From the NCBI GenBank assembly GCA_963701095.1, contig OY969564.1:1664001-1728000 (forward strand): a stretch of DNA of 64,000 bases, in the 5' to 3' direction. The stretch comes from an uncultured Methanoregulaceae archaeon. GTDB taxonomy: Archaea; Halobacteriota; Methanomicrobia; Methanomicrobiales; Methanospirillaceae. How positions within the stretch are numbered: position 1 is the stretch's first letter; each line of letters starts with the position of its first letter. Shown here in pieces: positions 22,414 through 33,431 of the stretch. The translations under genes and the position numbers were made by a program. The notes below the pieces were generated by a model, which saw only the letters and a program-made list of their open reading frames with translations, made no database searches and was not told the DNA's origin.

Positions 22414-23649
22414 AAATCGCCTATTTTGTCGATGAATTCCCTCCCTTTTTCCGGGGGGACTCGGGACGTACGCGAGCGAGATCTCCCGGCAGTTTGTCCG
22501 CAGGGGCCATTCGCTCTCTGTTTTTTCGCGCAATACCGGGAATGATCCCACCTCGGAAATACGCGACGGGCTCGATATCCACCGGCCCCGGCTCATGAAA
22601 ACATCCGATATCATTTCCATGGTTAACCCTACCGAAGTGAGGACCTGGGATGAAAACGGGCAGGAATTTTTTGCTGAAACCCTTCTTTACAACCTGCTTT
22701 CCGCTTCAAAACTGGTTAATTATCTCGTTTTCAAAGAGAAGCAGCACTACGATCTGGTGGTTTCCCATGACTGGCTTGCAGCACTCGCCGGGATCACCAC
22801 ACGAAAAAATCTCGGGCTGCCGTTTGTTTTCCATTTCCATTCGACAGAACAGGGCCGGAACCCGTCGGATCCCCAACCATCAAGGATATTGAACGCCAGT
22901 CCGCTACCATCGCCGACGCTATTGTCACAGTAAGCTATGCCATGAGAGACGAACTGGTAAGCTACGGATACGCCGAGCATAAAATACGGGTCATCCACAA
23001 CGGTGTCGATGAGAAAAAATATGATCCTTCGCGGTTTTTGCCCCACCAGATTGAACTGTTCCGGCAGAAAATCGGGATCGGTCACGCCCCGATGATCCTC
23101 TTCATAGGGAGGCTAACCTGGGTGAAAGGGGTCGATATGCTCGTCCTTGCGATGCCCCATATTCTCAAAGAAGTCCCTCATGCAAAACTGGTTATCCTCG
23201 GTGTCGGCGAGATGGATCAGATGCTCTCGCATATGGTCCATAACCTGCATCTTGAGGATAATGTGATCCTTCATTTTATGATGGTCCCGGAGGAAGAGCG
23301 TCTCTTGTATTATGCATCCTCCGACGTAGTTGTCCTTCCTTCAAAGTACGAACCGTTCGGTATTGTATGTACCGAGGCCATGTCTCTTGGAAAACCGGTT
23401 GTTGTGGGCGCCCGGGGAACATCGGGTTTCCGCGAACAGGTCATCCCCAATGGCGAGGGAATCTGCGGTTACCATATTAATCCATACGATCCTCAGGATA
23501 TCGCAAAATTTGTCGTCAATATCCTGAAACATCCCGATCTTGCGGCGACGATGGGAAAGAACGGGAGGAACCGGGTAATAGAACAGTTCACCTGGGAAAA
23601 CGCTGCGGAAAACACTCTGCGAATCTACCGGGAACTGGTCGAAGGCTGA
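22410..23649 (+). CDS. GT4 glycosyltransferase; two frameshifts (about 22455, 22862)
   Basis: MKIAYFVDEFPPFFRG(G)LG, SHDW, HSTE.GR, GRLTWVKG, PSKYEPFGIVCTEA; ATGA overlap with the previous gene. Confidence 0.85.
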
Positions 23650-23665
23650 CACGGGGGTTTTCGGC

Positions 23666-25357
23666 ATGGTGTTTCAATGGGCACGGGAGATCCAGGTATC
23701 CGGAACAGCTCGTTCGCTCGAATTTCTTATGACCGCGGACCATGCCTACTGTTCGTCTTCGGCGGGAGCAAATACCCGGAGATATCACGGTCTTTTTGTA
23801 CGGGACGGGCGTGTGCTCCTCGCCGGGCTCGATGAACGGCTCAACGGTATCCAGATTTCTACCCAACAATACGAGGGGGCCGATAACATTGCGGGGCTCG
23901 GGTATCTTGTTTCATTTTCCGTATATCCGCCGATCTGGGTCTACTGGATCGACGGCAGTATGCTTAAAAAAACGGTGTTCTTCAACAGCCAGGGCCTCAG
24001 TATTGTGTACGAAATTTCAGGAAATGCTGATCTATGGGTCCGTCCGCTTATCACGGACCGGCCCACCGATGATTTGGCACGTGATCCCGTTGTCGCATGC
24101 CAAGCTGAGGCTGACGGTTTCCGGTGGAACCATCTAGTATTCAGCGGCGACCTTCCGTACAAATCACACCCGGAAACATACTGGAATGTATGGTACCAGA
24201 AGGAGCAGGAACGCGGGTACAATGCTGTCGAGGGATTGTATTCCCCGGGCGTTTATGAGGGTCATGTCCAGGACGCAACGGTCATGTTCCGCTGCACCCC
24301 GGATATCCCGAATCCTCCCCGCACAACAAGTACCCGGACACCTCAGACAGATCTTGAATGGCTGGAATGGGCAGCGGATGCGTTCATGCACAGAGACGAG
24401 CTGTTTGCCGGTTATCACTGGTTCTGCGAGTCGTGGGGAAGGGATTCTGCAATTAGTGTTACCGGATTACTCACCGACCGTAGCCGGAAAGAGGATGCAC
24501 AGGCCGTTTTACGATACCTCGCAGATAGGGAGAAAAATGGTCTTTTCCCGAACCGGTTCCCCGATAATTACCATTCCAGCGATGCATCGTTATGGTTTAT
24601 CCATGCACTTGTCCAGTACCGGCGACGGTGGGGGGATGATCCGTTTATAGAGAAGACAAAACCGGTGATCGAACATATCCTTTTGAATTATCCGTTTTCT
24701 GAGGTCGCTTCACTGGACCACAACCTGATTGCCGTAGTTCCACAAAGTACATGGATGGATACGGTGTACACACCCCGTGAGGGAAAACCGGTTGAAATTA
24801 ACGCTCTCTGGGTGCAGGCTTTACACGAGGCCGATTCCATGGGGATCGAAACCCTCATAGACCCGGCAGCGGCTCTTTCAGCGTTCCGGCAGTTCTGGAA
24901 TGAGAGCAGTGGATGTCTCTATGACGTGATCGATCCGCCCGATCCATCGATCCGGCCAAACCAGCTCATCGCACTTGCCCTTGGACTTATCGATCAGAAC
25001 CAGGCCACAACTTCACTCAATACCATCACGAAATTGCTTTTAACGCCGTACGGTCTTCGTTCACTTGCCCCCACAGATCCGGCATACCATGGCCGGTATA
25101 ACGGGGACCGGAGTTATCATAACGGGTGCGTTTGGCCCTGGCTTACCGGGTATTATTGTCAGGTACTGCTCAGGCACGGTGTTTCCCGGGAAAAAACAAG
25201 GTTGGTTCTTACACCAATACTCCAGCATCTCAAGGAGGCCGGGGTGGGATACATATCTGAAATTTTCGATGGCGATTTTCCCTTCCTGCCCCATGGCTGC
25301 ATTGCACAGGCATGGAGCGTGGCAGAAATAAGCCGGGCTTACCGGATGGTCTATTGA
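23666..25357 (+). CDS. Glycogen debranching enzyme (amylo-alpha-1,6-glucosidase, GH133-like)
   Basis: NTRRYHGL, AGYHWF..WGRD, TWMD, RPNQ, YHNG.VWPW, ISEIFDG, QAWS. Confidence 0.9.
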   Translation: MVFQWAREIQVSGTARSLEFLMTADHAYCSSSAGANTRRYHGLFVRDGRVLLAGLDERLNGIQISTQQYEGADNIAGLGYLVSFSVYPPIWVYWIDGSMLKKTVFFNSQGLSIVYEISGNADLWVRPLITDRPTDDLARDPVVACQAEADGFRWNHLVFSGDLPYKSHPETYWNVWYQKEQERGYNAVEGLYSPGVYEGHVQDATVMFRCTPDIPNPPRTTSTRTPQTDLEWLEWAADAFMHRDELFAGYHWFCESWGRDSAISVTGLLTDRSRKEDAQAVLRYLADREKNGLFPNRFPDNYHSSDASLWFIHALVQYRRRWGDDPFIEKTKPVIEHILLNYPFSEVASLDHNLIAVVPQSTWMDTVYTPREGKPVEINALWVQALHEADSMGIETLIDPAAALSAFRQFWNESSGCLYDVIDPPDPSIRPNQLIALALGLIDQNQATTSLNTITKLLLTPYGLRSLAPTDPAYHGRYNGDRSYHNGCVWPWLTGYYCQVLLRHGVSREKTRLVLTPILQHLKEAGVGYISEIFDGDFPFLPHGCIAQAWSVAEISRAYRMVY

Positions 25358-25474
25358 TAGAAACCGACGGCCATGTAATTGCAGTGAATAAGAAGATATA
25401 ACAATTTTTTCTGAATATAAACGATTCAAATCAGAATATATATTCACTTTAAAAGATCATTAAAAACCTGATCG

Positions 25475-26626
25475 ATGATGGGTTTGCGAGAGAGGGTTTT
25501 TGGTGTATTCTTTCCTAAAGAAAAACCTTCACCAGAACTCTTCGCCCCGATCCAAATCACGCCAGAACCAAGGTCAAAAGAATTCCGGATTCCAACGGTA
25601 CCGAAACGTCTCGATCGCCTCATCAGGAATTGCGTCAGGAACAATCCGGCCCATCTCTATGACGATTTTGAAGAATTGAAACCGGATGTACTAAGTGTTT
25701 TCAATAATCAGGCCGGTGAACAGCCTTTTGCCGGAGAGGGAAAAGGATCTCTGACGGAAAAAGACAGTAACAAGAACGATGAGCGGCTGAATGAACCCGG
25801 CTGGATAGAAGAAATGTTGGCAGCCTGTGAATGTTTGGCCATGCTGGATCCGGAAGATGCCAGTGCGTTGATTAACAAAGGCGATATGCTCGCTGAAACT
25901 GGCCGGTTTAACGAAGCAGCATCAGCATATGATCGCGCGATCGAACTGTCACCGGACGACGAATCCATCTGGTACAACAAAGGGCTTTCGCTTGCAAAAA
26001 TGGGTCGGTGGAACGAAGCACTTTCCGTTTTTAATGATGTCCTTTCAAAGAAACCGGAACTCTCCGGTGCATGGAACAATAAAGGGGTATTACTTGCTGA
26101 ACTTGGCCAATTCACGGAGGCGGTGGCCGCCTATGATCAGGCAATTGAATTGAAACCGGACGATGCAAAAGCGTGGAACAACAAGGGAGATTCACTTGCC
26201 GAACTTGGCCGGTTTGAAGAAGCGATGGCTGCATATGATCATGCTCTTGCGCTCAACCCAAAGGACTCTGAATTGTGGTATTACAACGGGGATTCTCCTA
26301 ATGAACTTGGCCGGTTTATAGCAGCGGTGGCTGCCTTCAACAATACCGTTGCTCGGAAAAAGGATGACGCCGAAGAGTGGTACCTGGAGGGGAAATCGCT
26401 TGCCGGGCAAGGTCAGTTCGAGAACGCAATGACTGCTTACGATCGTGCCATTGAACTGAGACCGGATTTTGCTGATGCGTGGCTCAGCAAAGGAGCTTTT
26501 TGCGGGATACTGGGTAAAGATCAGGAGGCAATTCAATGCTTTGAGAAATTTATTGGTTGTGCAGCCCCGGAAAATGCATTCCAGGTTGAAGAAATTCGGG
26601 AGATAATCGATCAGCTGAAACACTAA
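25475..26626 (+). CDS. Tetratricopeptide repeat protein
   Basis: Repeated AWNNKG..LAELG.F.EA..AYD.AI.L.P. Confidence 0.88.
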   Translation: MMGLRERVFGVFFPKEKPSPELFAPIQITPEPRSKEFRIPTVPKRLDRLIRNCVRNNPAHLYDDFEELKPDVLSVFNNQAGEQPFAGEGKGSLTEKDSNKNDERLNEPGWIEEMLAACECLAMLDPEDASALINKGDMLAETGRFNEAASAYDRAIELSPDDESIWYNKGLSLAKMGRWNEALSVFNDVLSKKPELSGAWNNKGVLLAELGQFTEAVAAYDQAIELKPDDAKAWNNKGDSLAELGRFEEAMAAYDHALALNPKDSELWYYNGDSPNELGRFIAAVAAFNNTVARKKDDAEEWYLEGKSLAGQGQFENAMTAYDRAIELRPDFADAWLSKGAFCGILGKDQEAIQCFEKFIGCAAPENAFQVEEIREIIDQLKH

Positions 26627-26776
26627 AAACAAGCCAGATCGAAAACAGTAAAAAATGATCGCACCCTCGTCGACATAGGGGTATAGTGTATACTATATTT
26701 CTGATTTTTAAGTGTTGGTTATATTTTCAAAAATAAATTGATTTATTAAATAGGTGATCCCATATTACAGCGCAGC

Positions 26777-29398
26777 ATGTTTTCAGTCCTTTATGTCGAC
26801 GATGAATCAAACATTCTCGAAGTTACCAAGTTATACCTTGAGGTAACCGGGGAATTTTCCGTTGATACCAGACAATCAGTAAAGGATGGACTCGATGCTC
26901 TCAAGATCAAGACATATAACGCGGTCGTATCGGATTTCCAGATGCCGGGGACAGATGGCATCGAATTTCTTAAAATTGTCCGGTCGACATTTGGCGATAT
27001 CCCCTTTATTCTGTTCACCGGTAAGGGACGGGAAGATGTAGCCATTCAGGCACTTGATAATGGCGTGGATTTCTACATCCAGAAAGGTGAAGACACAGAG
27101 TCACAGCTTGGCGAGCTGCGAAACAAGATAAAAATGGCTGTGGACCAGAATAATACCAAAGCCCGGATAAATTTTGAACAACGGACTGATCTTTTCAATT
27201 CCCTTCCAGATGCTGCCTTCAGCATCGACAAACGGGGGGTGGTAATCGCCTGGAACAAAGCGATCGAGGAGCTGACCGGTGTTTCGGCGGTAGATATGTT
27301 CGGTAAGGACAATTATGAATACGCCCTGCCGTTCTATGGAGAGCGTTGTCCGCTCCTTATTGATCTTGTTTTCAAACCTGATGCAAAAATCGAAGACCGT
27401 TATACCAACATAGTACGGGACCAGGGAACGGTCATTACGGGAGAAGCACGATTCGCAAAACCGCGTGGGGATGCTAAGATCCTGTCCTGCAAGGCCGTAC
27501 CGGTTTACGACAATAAGGGAAACGTGATTGGCGCTATTGAATCGATGTGCGACATCACACCGCAGAAAACAGCAGAGCACGCACTCCAGGAAAGCGAAGT
27601 CCGTTTGCAACGGGCGGAATTAATAGCACACGTGGGACACTGGCAGATCGATCTTTCCTCCGGGACGATGATATATTCTGAGGGTGCGGGAACAATTTAC
27701 GGTCTGAAAAATCTCGTACAACCGGTAAAAGCAGCGCAGCAAATCCCGCTCCCGGAATACCGTAACGGTCTGGATGAAGCTCTCCGTGCCCTGATAGCAC
27801 AAGGTAAACCGTACAACGTTGAATATAAAATCCAGCGAGCAAATGACTGGGCGTTACGGGATATCCATTCCATAGCGGCCTATGACGCTGAACACCGTGT
27901 CGTTTTTGGCGTGATCCAGGATATCACCGAGCGTAAAATTGCCGAAAAAATACTCCGGGAGAGCGAGGGCAGGTTCCGGTCAATTGTAGAGAATTCTCCT
28001 GAATCCATCCTGATAATTGACCTGCAGGGAACTATCCTGTTTTCAAACAGTGCGGCGATCCAGACGATCGAGGGAAATGACTTTTCTTCATTGATCGGCA
28101 GAAATATCATTGAATTTATTTCCCCGGAGTCGCGGGGGCAGATGGCAAAAGACTTTTCGAAGTTATCCCGTGGAGAAGACGCCACCTTTGCGTGCTATTC
28201 AGTTATAACAGCGCAAGGCAGGAAGAGACTGGTTGAAAGTATCGGAAAATCTGTTGTATTTGAGGGTAAAACTACAGTTTTTCTCTCAGTCAGGGAGGTT
28301 ACGGATCGTAAACTTTCCGGAGATCTTTTGCAGGAGAACGGAGATCAACTTGTTCTTGCCTTTAACGCTATAGAAGAGGGAATGGCCCTGCACGAGATCA
28401 TTTTTGATACCGATAAAAAAGCATCTGATTATCGTGTACTTGCAGTCAACGATTCATTCGAACGACAGCTGGATATAAACCGTGCAGACGTTGCAGGGAA
28501 AACCAGCCGTGAAGCGTATGCCACAACCGAGCCCCCTTACCTCGAAGTATTCGCACGGGTTGCAGACACCGGTAAACCGGAAACCTTTGAGACGTGGTTT
28601 GCGCCACTTCAGAAATATTTCCGAATCTCGGTCTATTCTCCCCGGAAAAACCAGTTTGTTACAGTTTTTTACGACATATCCGAGCGCAAAATGGCAGAGG
28701 ATGCCGTCCGGCAGGCTAACATCCAGCTCAACTTAATGACCAGCATCACCCGGCATGATATTCTCAACAAGGTCTCGGCTCTTATCGGCTATTATGGTAT
28801 CATACGCCTGAAATTCCCCAATCCCGCTCTAACCTATTATATCAGCAAACTGGAAGACACCACACATGCGATCCAGTCCCTGATCATGGATACCCAGACC
28901 TACCAGAATATTGGTATCCGGGAACCGCAATGGCAGGACCTGGACAAAATCGTGAGGCGGTTGCAAATCCCTGAAATGATCAAACTCACCGTAGATTTAC
29001 GGAGCGTCCAGGTATATGCAGACCCGATGCTCGAAAAAGTGTTCTTCAATCTCATGGATAATTCCATCAGGCACGGCGGTCATGTAACCGAGATCAGGGT
29101 GGCAGTCAGTCGGGCAGATGAAGGGCTTGTCGTGGTCTGGGAGGACAATGGCACCGGTATCCCCGGTGAAGACAAAGATAAAATTTTTGAGAAAGGATAT
29201 GGTGTAAATACTGGTCTTGGATTGCCCCTATGCAGTGAGATTCTTGCCATTACCGGTATTTCCCTGCGGGAAACCGGGGAACCTGGCAAAGGTGCGCGGT
29301 TCGAAATAGTGGTTCCGAAAGGCGCATACCGGCTTAATCAAATGACTGTCGGTGAAAAAGAAATTTCGATATTTCCTATTCCTACAAGCAAATCCTAG
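26777..29398 (+). CDS. Hybrid REC-multi-PAS sensor histidine kinase
   Basis: VLYVDDE..SDFQMP receiver; four PAS segments; ITRHDILN, FFNLMDNSIRHG, GLGL. Confidence 0.92.
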   Translation: MFSVLYVDDESNILEVTKLYLEVTGEFSVDTRQSVKDGLDALKIKTYNAVVSDFQMPGTDGIEFLKIVRSTFGDIPFILFTGKGREDVAIQALDNGVDFYIQKGEDTESQLGELRNKIKMAVDQNNTKARINFEQRTDLFNSLPDAAFSIDKRGVVIAWNKAIEELTGVSAVDMFGKDNYEYALPFYGERCPLLIDLVFKPDAKIEDRYTNIVRDQGTVITGEARFAKPRGDAKILSCKAVPVYDNKGNVIGAIESMCDITPQKTAEHALQESEVRLQRAELIAHVGHWQIDLSSGTMIYSEGAGTIYGLKNLVQPVKAAQQIPLPEYRNGLDEALRALIAQGKPYNVEYKIQRANDWALRDIHSIAAYDAEHRVVFGVIQDITERKIAEKILRESEGRFRSIVENSPESILIIDLQGTILFSNSAAIQTIEGNDFSSLIGRNIIEFISPESRGQMAKDFSKLSRGEDATFACYSVITAQGRKRLVESIGKSVVFEGKTTVFLSVREVTDRKLSGDLLQENGDQLVLAFNAIEEGMALHEIIFDTDKKASDYRVLAVNDSFERQLDINRADVAGKTSREAYATTEPPYLEVFARVADTGKPETFETWFAPLQKYFRISVYSPRKNQFVTVFYDISERKMAEDAVRQANIQLNLMTSITRHDILNKVSALIGYYGIIRLKFPNPALTYYISKLEDTTHAIQSLIMDTQTYQNIGIREPQWQDLDKIVRRLQIPEMIKLTVDLRSVQVYADPMLEKVFFNLMDNSIRHGGHVTEIRVAVSRADEGLVVVWEDNGTGIPGEDKDKIFEKGYGVNTGLGLPLCSEILAITGISLRETGEPGKGARFEIVVPKGAYRLNQMTVGEKEISIFPIPTSKS

Positions 29399-30453
29399 GG
29401 GTTTATCAAAGCACATCGGTCCGTGAAGGTATCATTTCTGCGCTTCTTGTGGATGGCCATCTCGATATTTGCGAAGAGTTCCTGCCGGTTGATTGGTTTT
29501 ACAAGATAACCATCGGACTCTGTCATTACTACCCGCAGAATTGTCTCGTCATCTGCATGAGCAGTCATAAAAATAGTCGGCGTGCCATATAATCCCCGGA
29601 TCTGCCGTGCTGTCTCGATGCCATCTAAATCACCGTCAATATGGATGTCTACAAGGATCAGGTCAAGATTATGCTCACGACCGGCCATGGCAATTGCTTG
29701 TTCGCCGTTCGCGGCAATCCCTATAACAGTATAGCCGATTTCCCTCAGGAGATCTTCAAGCATTTTTGAGAAGTCTGAATCGTCATCAACGAGAAGGATA
29801 CGTTTTTCGATGGAGTTTGCGATGTCCCTAACCGCTCCGTGACTGCGTACACCTTTTTTAGTATTTTTAAAATCGGCTTTGGTAAATGCTTCAGGATCAG
29901 ATTCTTTTATTTTTTGGGCAAATTGCTCGATTGCGGATTGCAACTTATCAGATTCCCGGTTAAGTTCCAGAATCCTTTGGGTATTTTTTACATCAGTTAC
30001 TTTCAATTGCGACAGTTCGTTTTCCTTTTCCTGGAATAACTGGATATATTGATCTATTATCGCTCTGAGCCGCTCGCATTCCTGTTCTAATTCAATAAGA
30101 CGTTTAACATTTCTCTGCTCTGATTCTTTGAGCGCACTGAGTTCAGTTTCCCGGTTTACTAACACGTCATAAATATTTCCGGTTGAATTTCTCAGAGCAT
30201 CACGTTCTGCTTTTAATTGGGAAGATTCGTTTTTCTGGTTCGCTAAATCACTATATAGCTGACGAATCTGGACCTGAGCCAGGTTGTTTTGAGCATATAT
30301 TGCTTCCATTTCATTGGTTATTGTCCTGAATTCATTGCAGGCTACCGCATGTAGCTCTTCGATACGTCTCCAGCCAAACAATCTGCCTAAAAAATTAAGA
30401 GATTTGATATTCTCAAGCAATACGCGTAAATTTTCCGAAGATGAAATTACCAT
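29395..30453 (-). CDS. Coiled-coil protein with C-terminal response-regulator receiver domain
   Basis: ILLVDDD, LVDIH, DGIETA, FMTA, YLVKP; long heptad N-terminal region; probable start MVISS. Confidence 0.8.
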   Translation of the reverse strand: MVISSSENLRVLLENIKSLNFLGRLFGWRRIEELHAVACNEFRTITNEMEAIYAQNNLAQVQIRQLYSDLANQKNESSQLKAERDALRNSTGNIYDVLVNRETELSALKESEQRNVKRLIELEQECERLRAIIDQYIQLFQEKENELSQLKVTDVKNTQRILELNRESDKLQSAIEQFAQKIKESDPEAFTKADFKNTKKGVRSHGAVRDIANSIEKRILLVDDDSDFSKMLEDLLREIGYTVIGIAANGEQAIAMAGREHNLDLILVDIHIDGDLDGIETARQIRGLYGTPTIFMTAHADDETILRVVMTESDGYLVKPINRQELFANIEMAIHKKRRNDTFTDRCALINP

Positions 30454-30865
30454 ATTTATCTCTAAACAAAAAAATGAGTTAGACACATAAATATATTTGG
30501 GAGAAAATTTGAGATTATATAGAGATTTAATGGAATTTATAAAATATATTGGAAAAATATATATTTTTTGGAGCGGTAAAGCGTTTTTATGACGAATTTC
30601 CTTTGTATTAATTGGTAAACTCCCCAATGATGCGTATCTAACATTCACTCTGAATAATCAGGGGTATTTGATCCAACGGGTATAGGATAATTTATAAGAA
30701 ATTGATACTGTTTTTATAACTAAATTTCAAAAAGATAAATATTTTCATATTAAAATAAGGAGAATATTGCGCGTTTTTAAAATTCTCTTGGGATTAAACG
30801 ATTATTCTACCATAATACTTTATTGAGAGTCTCTCATACCATTCTACATTAGAGACTTCTGAGCC

Positions 30866-32062
30866 ATGACAGCCCGAGTTCCCCCCTTATTAAAAAAACA
30901 TCTCAAATCGTGTCATGCTGTCAGTTCCGGGCTCTTCCTGCTTGTGGCACTGGTGGCCGTCCCTCTAATAATGTCCAACGCATCTGCTGAATATCAGAAT
31001 TCAGTAAACCCTGCTTTTAATCTGACTGTACTTGTGATCGATAACCAGACCGGGGCAAATATCGGGCAGGCCCTTGTTTACTTTGACGGCGCCGCAGAGG
31101 GGTCAACATCTGATATCTATGGAAGTCTCCTCATTCCCGGGGTAAGGAATGGACAACACTCTGTCAGGATTAAAAAACTTGGTTTTGATGAGATCACTAA
31201 AATTGTAAATGTCCAAGCTGATATGAATTCGACTATTACACTCAGCCCTTCAAAAATCACGCCGATCTTTATTAACGGCCCCCCGGAAGAGAAAATCGAT
31301 GTGGTTTTTGTTCCGTCGGACACCGAGTATGACGGAGATACTAACCAAAAATTACCGGCAAACGATTATACATCAAACCGGACAGCTTTTGAATCTGACG
31401 TAAATAATCTGATCGCCAATTATTTCAGACTCGATACAATAACCTCCCCCACTGTGGGTCTGCCAGCTGACTATAGGGACAGGTTTAATTTCTATTATTA
31501 CTGGGACGATCACCACTTCGCTGATGCATTTGAAGGTTGCGCAGGTACGCTCCCGGATCATTTCTGGGAGGATGCCCCGTTTGCCGATGCGGCGATTATC
31601 GTATACCCGAAATACATCGGACGATATGCCGGGCCGCCCAGCCAGCCGGATGGATGCGGGATGGGATTGGGGCTTGGAACCCACTCATGGGCTAAAGTCC
31701 CGGGGAACTCGGATACGATCTTCCTGCACGAGAGTGGTCATGCTATCTGGGGGCTCGTCGATACGTTCTGTGGGGTTACTGATTACTACACAGTAGTTAA
31801 TCCAGATCCCAATATCTGGAGCAGCGAAGCAGCCTGTAATGTGAGCGCCACAAGTAATCACTGGAATTCTTCAGTTTGCAGCCAGATTACCGGCGCTGCA
31901 CCTACTCCGGGAGGTGCTGCCTGCTCTGAACCTTACTGGCGATATGACCCGGAGCCGGACCTTATGGGTCTTGGTGCAAATTCAGAGTCCGGTGTGTTTG
32001 GCGACGCTTCGACCACGCGGATACGGTACATCCTCGATAACATCGGGGTGAAAAAAGCATGA
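30866..32062 (+). CDS. Secreted PEGA/carboxypeptidase-regulatory-like domain fused to an M64-like zinc metallopeptidase
   Basis: Signal peptide; NGPPEEKIDVVFV, YRDRFNFY, HESGHAIWGLVD (HExxH); C-terminal LMG..FG. Confidence 0.65.
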   Translation: MTARVPPLLKKHLKSCHAVSSGLFLLVALVAVPLIMSNASAEYQNSVNPAFNLTVLVIDNQTGANIGQALVYFDGAAEGSTSDIYGSLLIPGVRNGQHSVRIKKLGFDEITKIVNVQADMNSTITLSPSKITPIFINGPPEEKIDVVFVPSDTEYDGDTNQKLPANDYTSNRTAFESDVNNLIANYFRLDTITSPTVGLPADYRDRFNFYYYWDDHHFADAFEGCAGTLPDHFWEDAPFADAAIIVYPKYIGRYAGPPSQPDGCGMGLGLGTHSWAKVPGNSDTIFLHESGHAIWGLVDTFCGVTDYYTVVNPDPNIWSSEAACNVSATSNHWNSSVCSQITGAAPTPGGAACSEPYWRYDPEPDLMGLGANSESGVFGDASTTRIRYILDNIGVKKA

Positions 32063-33345
32063 AGTTCCGTAGCTTCGGTATTGGAATCTTCATCGTATGC
32101 CTGCTTCTCACGGTGCAGGTATGTAGTGCATATCCTACTGGTGATTATTCCAAAGTGCTTATCCTCCACCTTACCTTCAGCAACGGGACAATAAACGATC
32201 AATCGGTAGAGATGCAGTACGGTCATCCCCCAACCCTTGGATTCCAGACCGGGAACATACGCGGCACCCTTAAAACATCCGGGGGGGTGGTTCTCCAGGA
32301 GTTTGATCTCTCTGATCCAAGGTACCAGTTAAGTGATGAGGGGGTGCTCACCTACTCTGATACTGCTGATTTCACCATTGTCGTCCCCTATTACCCAGGG
32401 GAGATGTCCCTTGATCTCACAGACACGAGTACTGGGACACTCCTGAAAACCGTGAATTTTTTGGGTGCCATTAATCAGTTTCAGGTAAAGTACCCGAACG
32501 ATCCTGATATGGTAACAAACCCTGGCACGCAGTCTTTGGTTGCAGGGCCGCTTCCCGTTTCACAACCCGGGGCATTAGGTTCTGTCATGACCCTTTTGCA
32601 GGCAACGATGTTTTCCTCCTCTGTGTTTCTTGAAGCGGCTATAACAATCTGGATTCTCCGCTGGATAACTGAAAAACGAAAACAGAAAAAGCAGGTTGTG
32701 CTCATAGTCGATGATGATCCACTCATTGTTGACGCTATGGGCACATACCTAAACAAAAAGGGATATGCGACCCTTAAAGCATTCAGCGGGAAGGAATGTC
32801 TCGATATCCTGAAAATCAGGATTGCCGATGTCATACTTCTTGATGTCCTCATGCAGCCGATGGATGGATGGCAGACCCTCGAACAAATAAAGAAAAATCC
32901 CGTTACCCGATCAATCCCGGTGCTCATGCTGACGGGAAAAGAACTCACTGCTACTGAGGCGAAGCAATACAATCTCCAAATCGACGACTATATCATGAAA
33001 CCCTTCAAGCTGGCTGATATCTACACAGCAGTTGATAATATCCTCAAGGAAAAACAGAAAATGATGGAGACACTTCTCTTGATGAAACAGGCTGGTATAG
33101 AGAGGGAGAAGTTCTGTGAATTTGCAAGCCTCACCAGGCGCATAACTATCAACAAAAAGATACTTGAAATACTGGATGTGCCTCAGGCTTCAATTACTTC
33201 GGCGAATTTGGATGCCCTCGACGATATGCTGGTTGTGGATTATATTAACGTAAAAACGAGCATTAACGAGAAGCGCGTGGAAGAACTTCAAAATGAGATC
33301 AATACTACACTCAAATCCAAAGGGCTTCCGGAACTTTCCTGGTAA
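32059..33345 (+). CDS. Signal peptide, extracellular beta domain, TM segment and cytoplasmic receiver domain
   Basis: N-terminal signal; hydrophobic stretch before KRKQKK; VDDD, LLDVLM, LTG, MKPF receiver residues; ATGA overlap with the peptidase. Confidence 0.75.
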   Translation: MKFRSFGIGIFIVCLLLTVQVCSAYPTGDYSKVLILHLTFSNGTINDQSVEMQYGHPPTLGFQTGNIRGTLKTSGGVVLQEFDLSDPRYQLSDEGVLTYSDTADFTIVVPYYPGEMSLDLTDTSTGTLLKTVNFLGAINQFQVKYPNDPDMVTNPGTQSLVAGPLPVSQPGALGSVMTLLQATMFSSSVFLEAAITIWILRWITEKRKQKKQVVLIVDDDPLIVDAMGTYLNKKGYATLKAFSGKECLDILKIRIADVILLDVLMQPMDGWQTLEQIKKNPVTRSIPVLMLTGKELTATEAKQYNLQIDDYIMKPFKLADIYTAVDNILKEKQKMMETLLLMKQAGIEREKFCEFASLTRRITINKKILEILDVPQASITSANLDALDDMLVVDYINVKTSINEKRVEELQNEINTTLKSKGLPELSW

Positions 33346-33431
33346 CAGGATACTACGGCAATCTCTTTCTTAGTGGGGGAGACTATTTTTCTCACTCAAA
33401 AAGATGATATCCGGATTTATTTATGGTTCTT

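Noticed and set aside
30454..30865. Very AT-rich tract as an origin or mobile-element end; N-terminal extension of ORF 29395-30648
   Set aside because: No iterons or terminal inverted repeats; best read as a divergent promoter region
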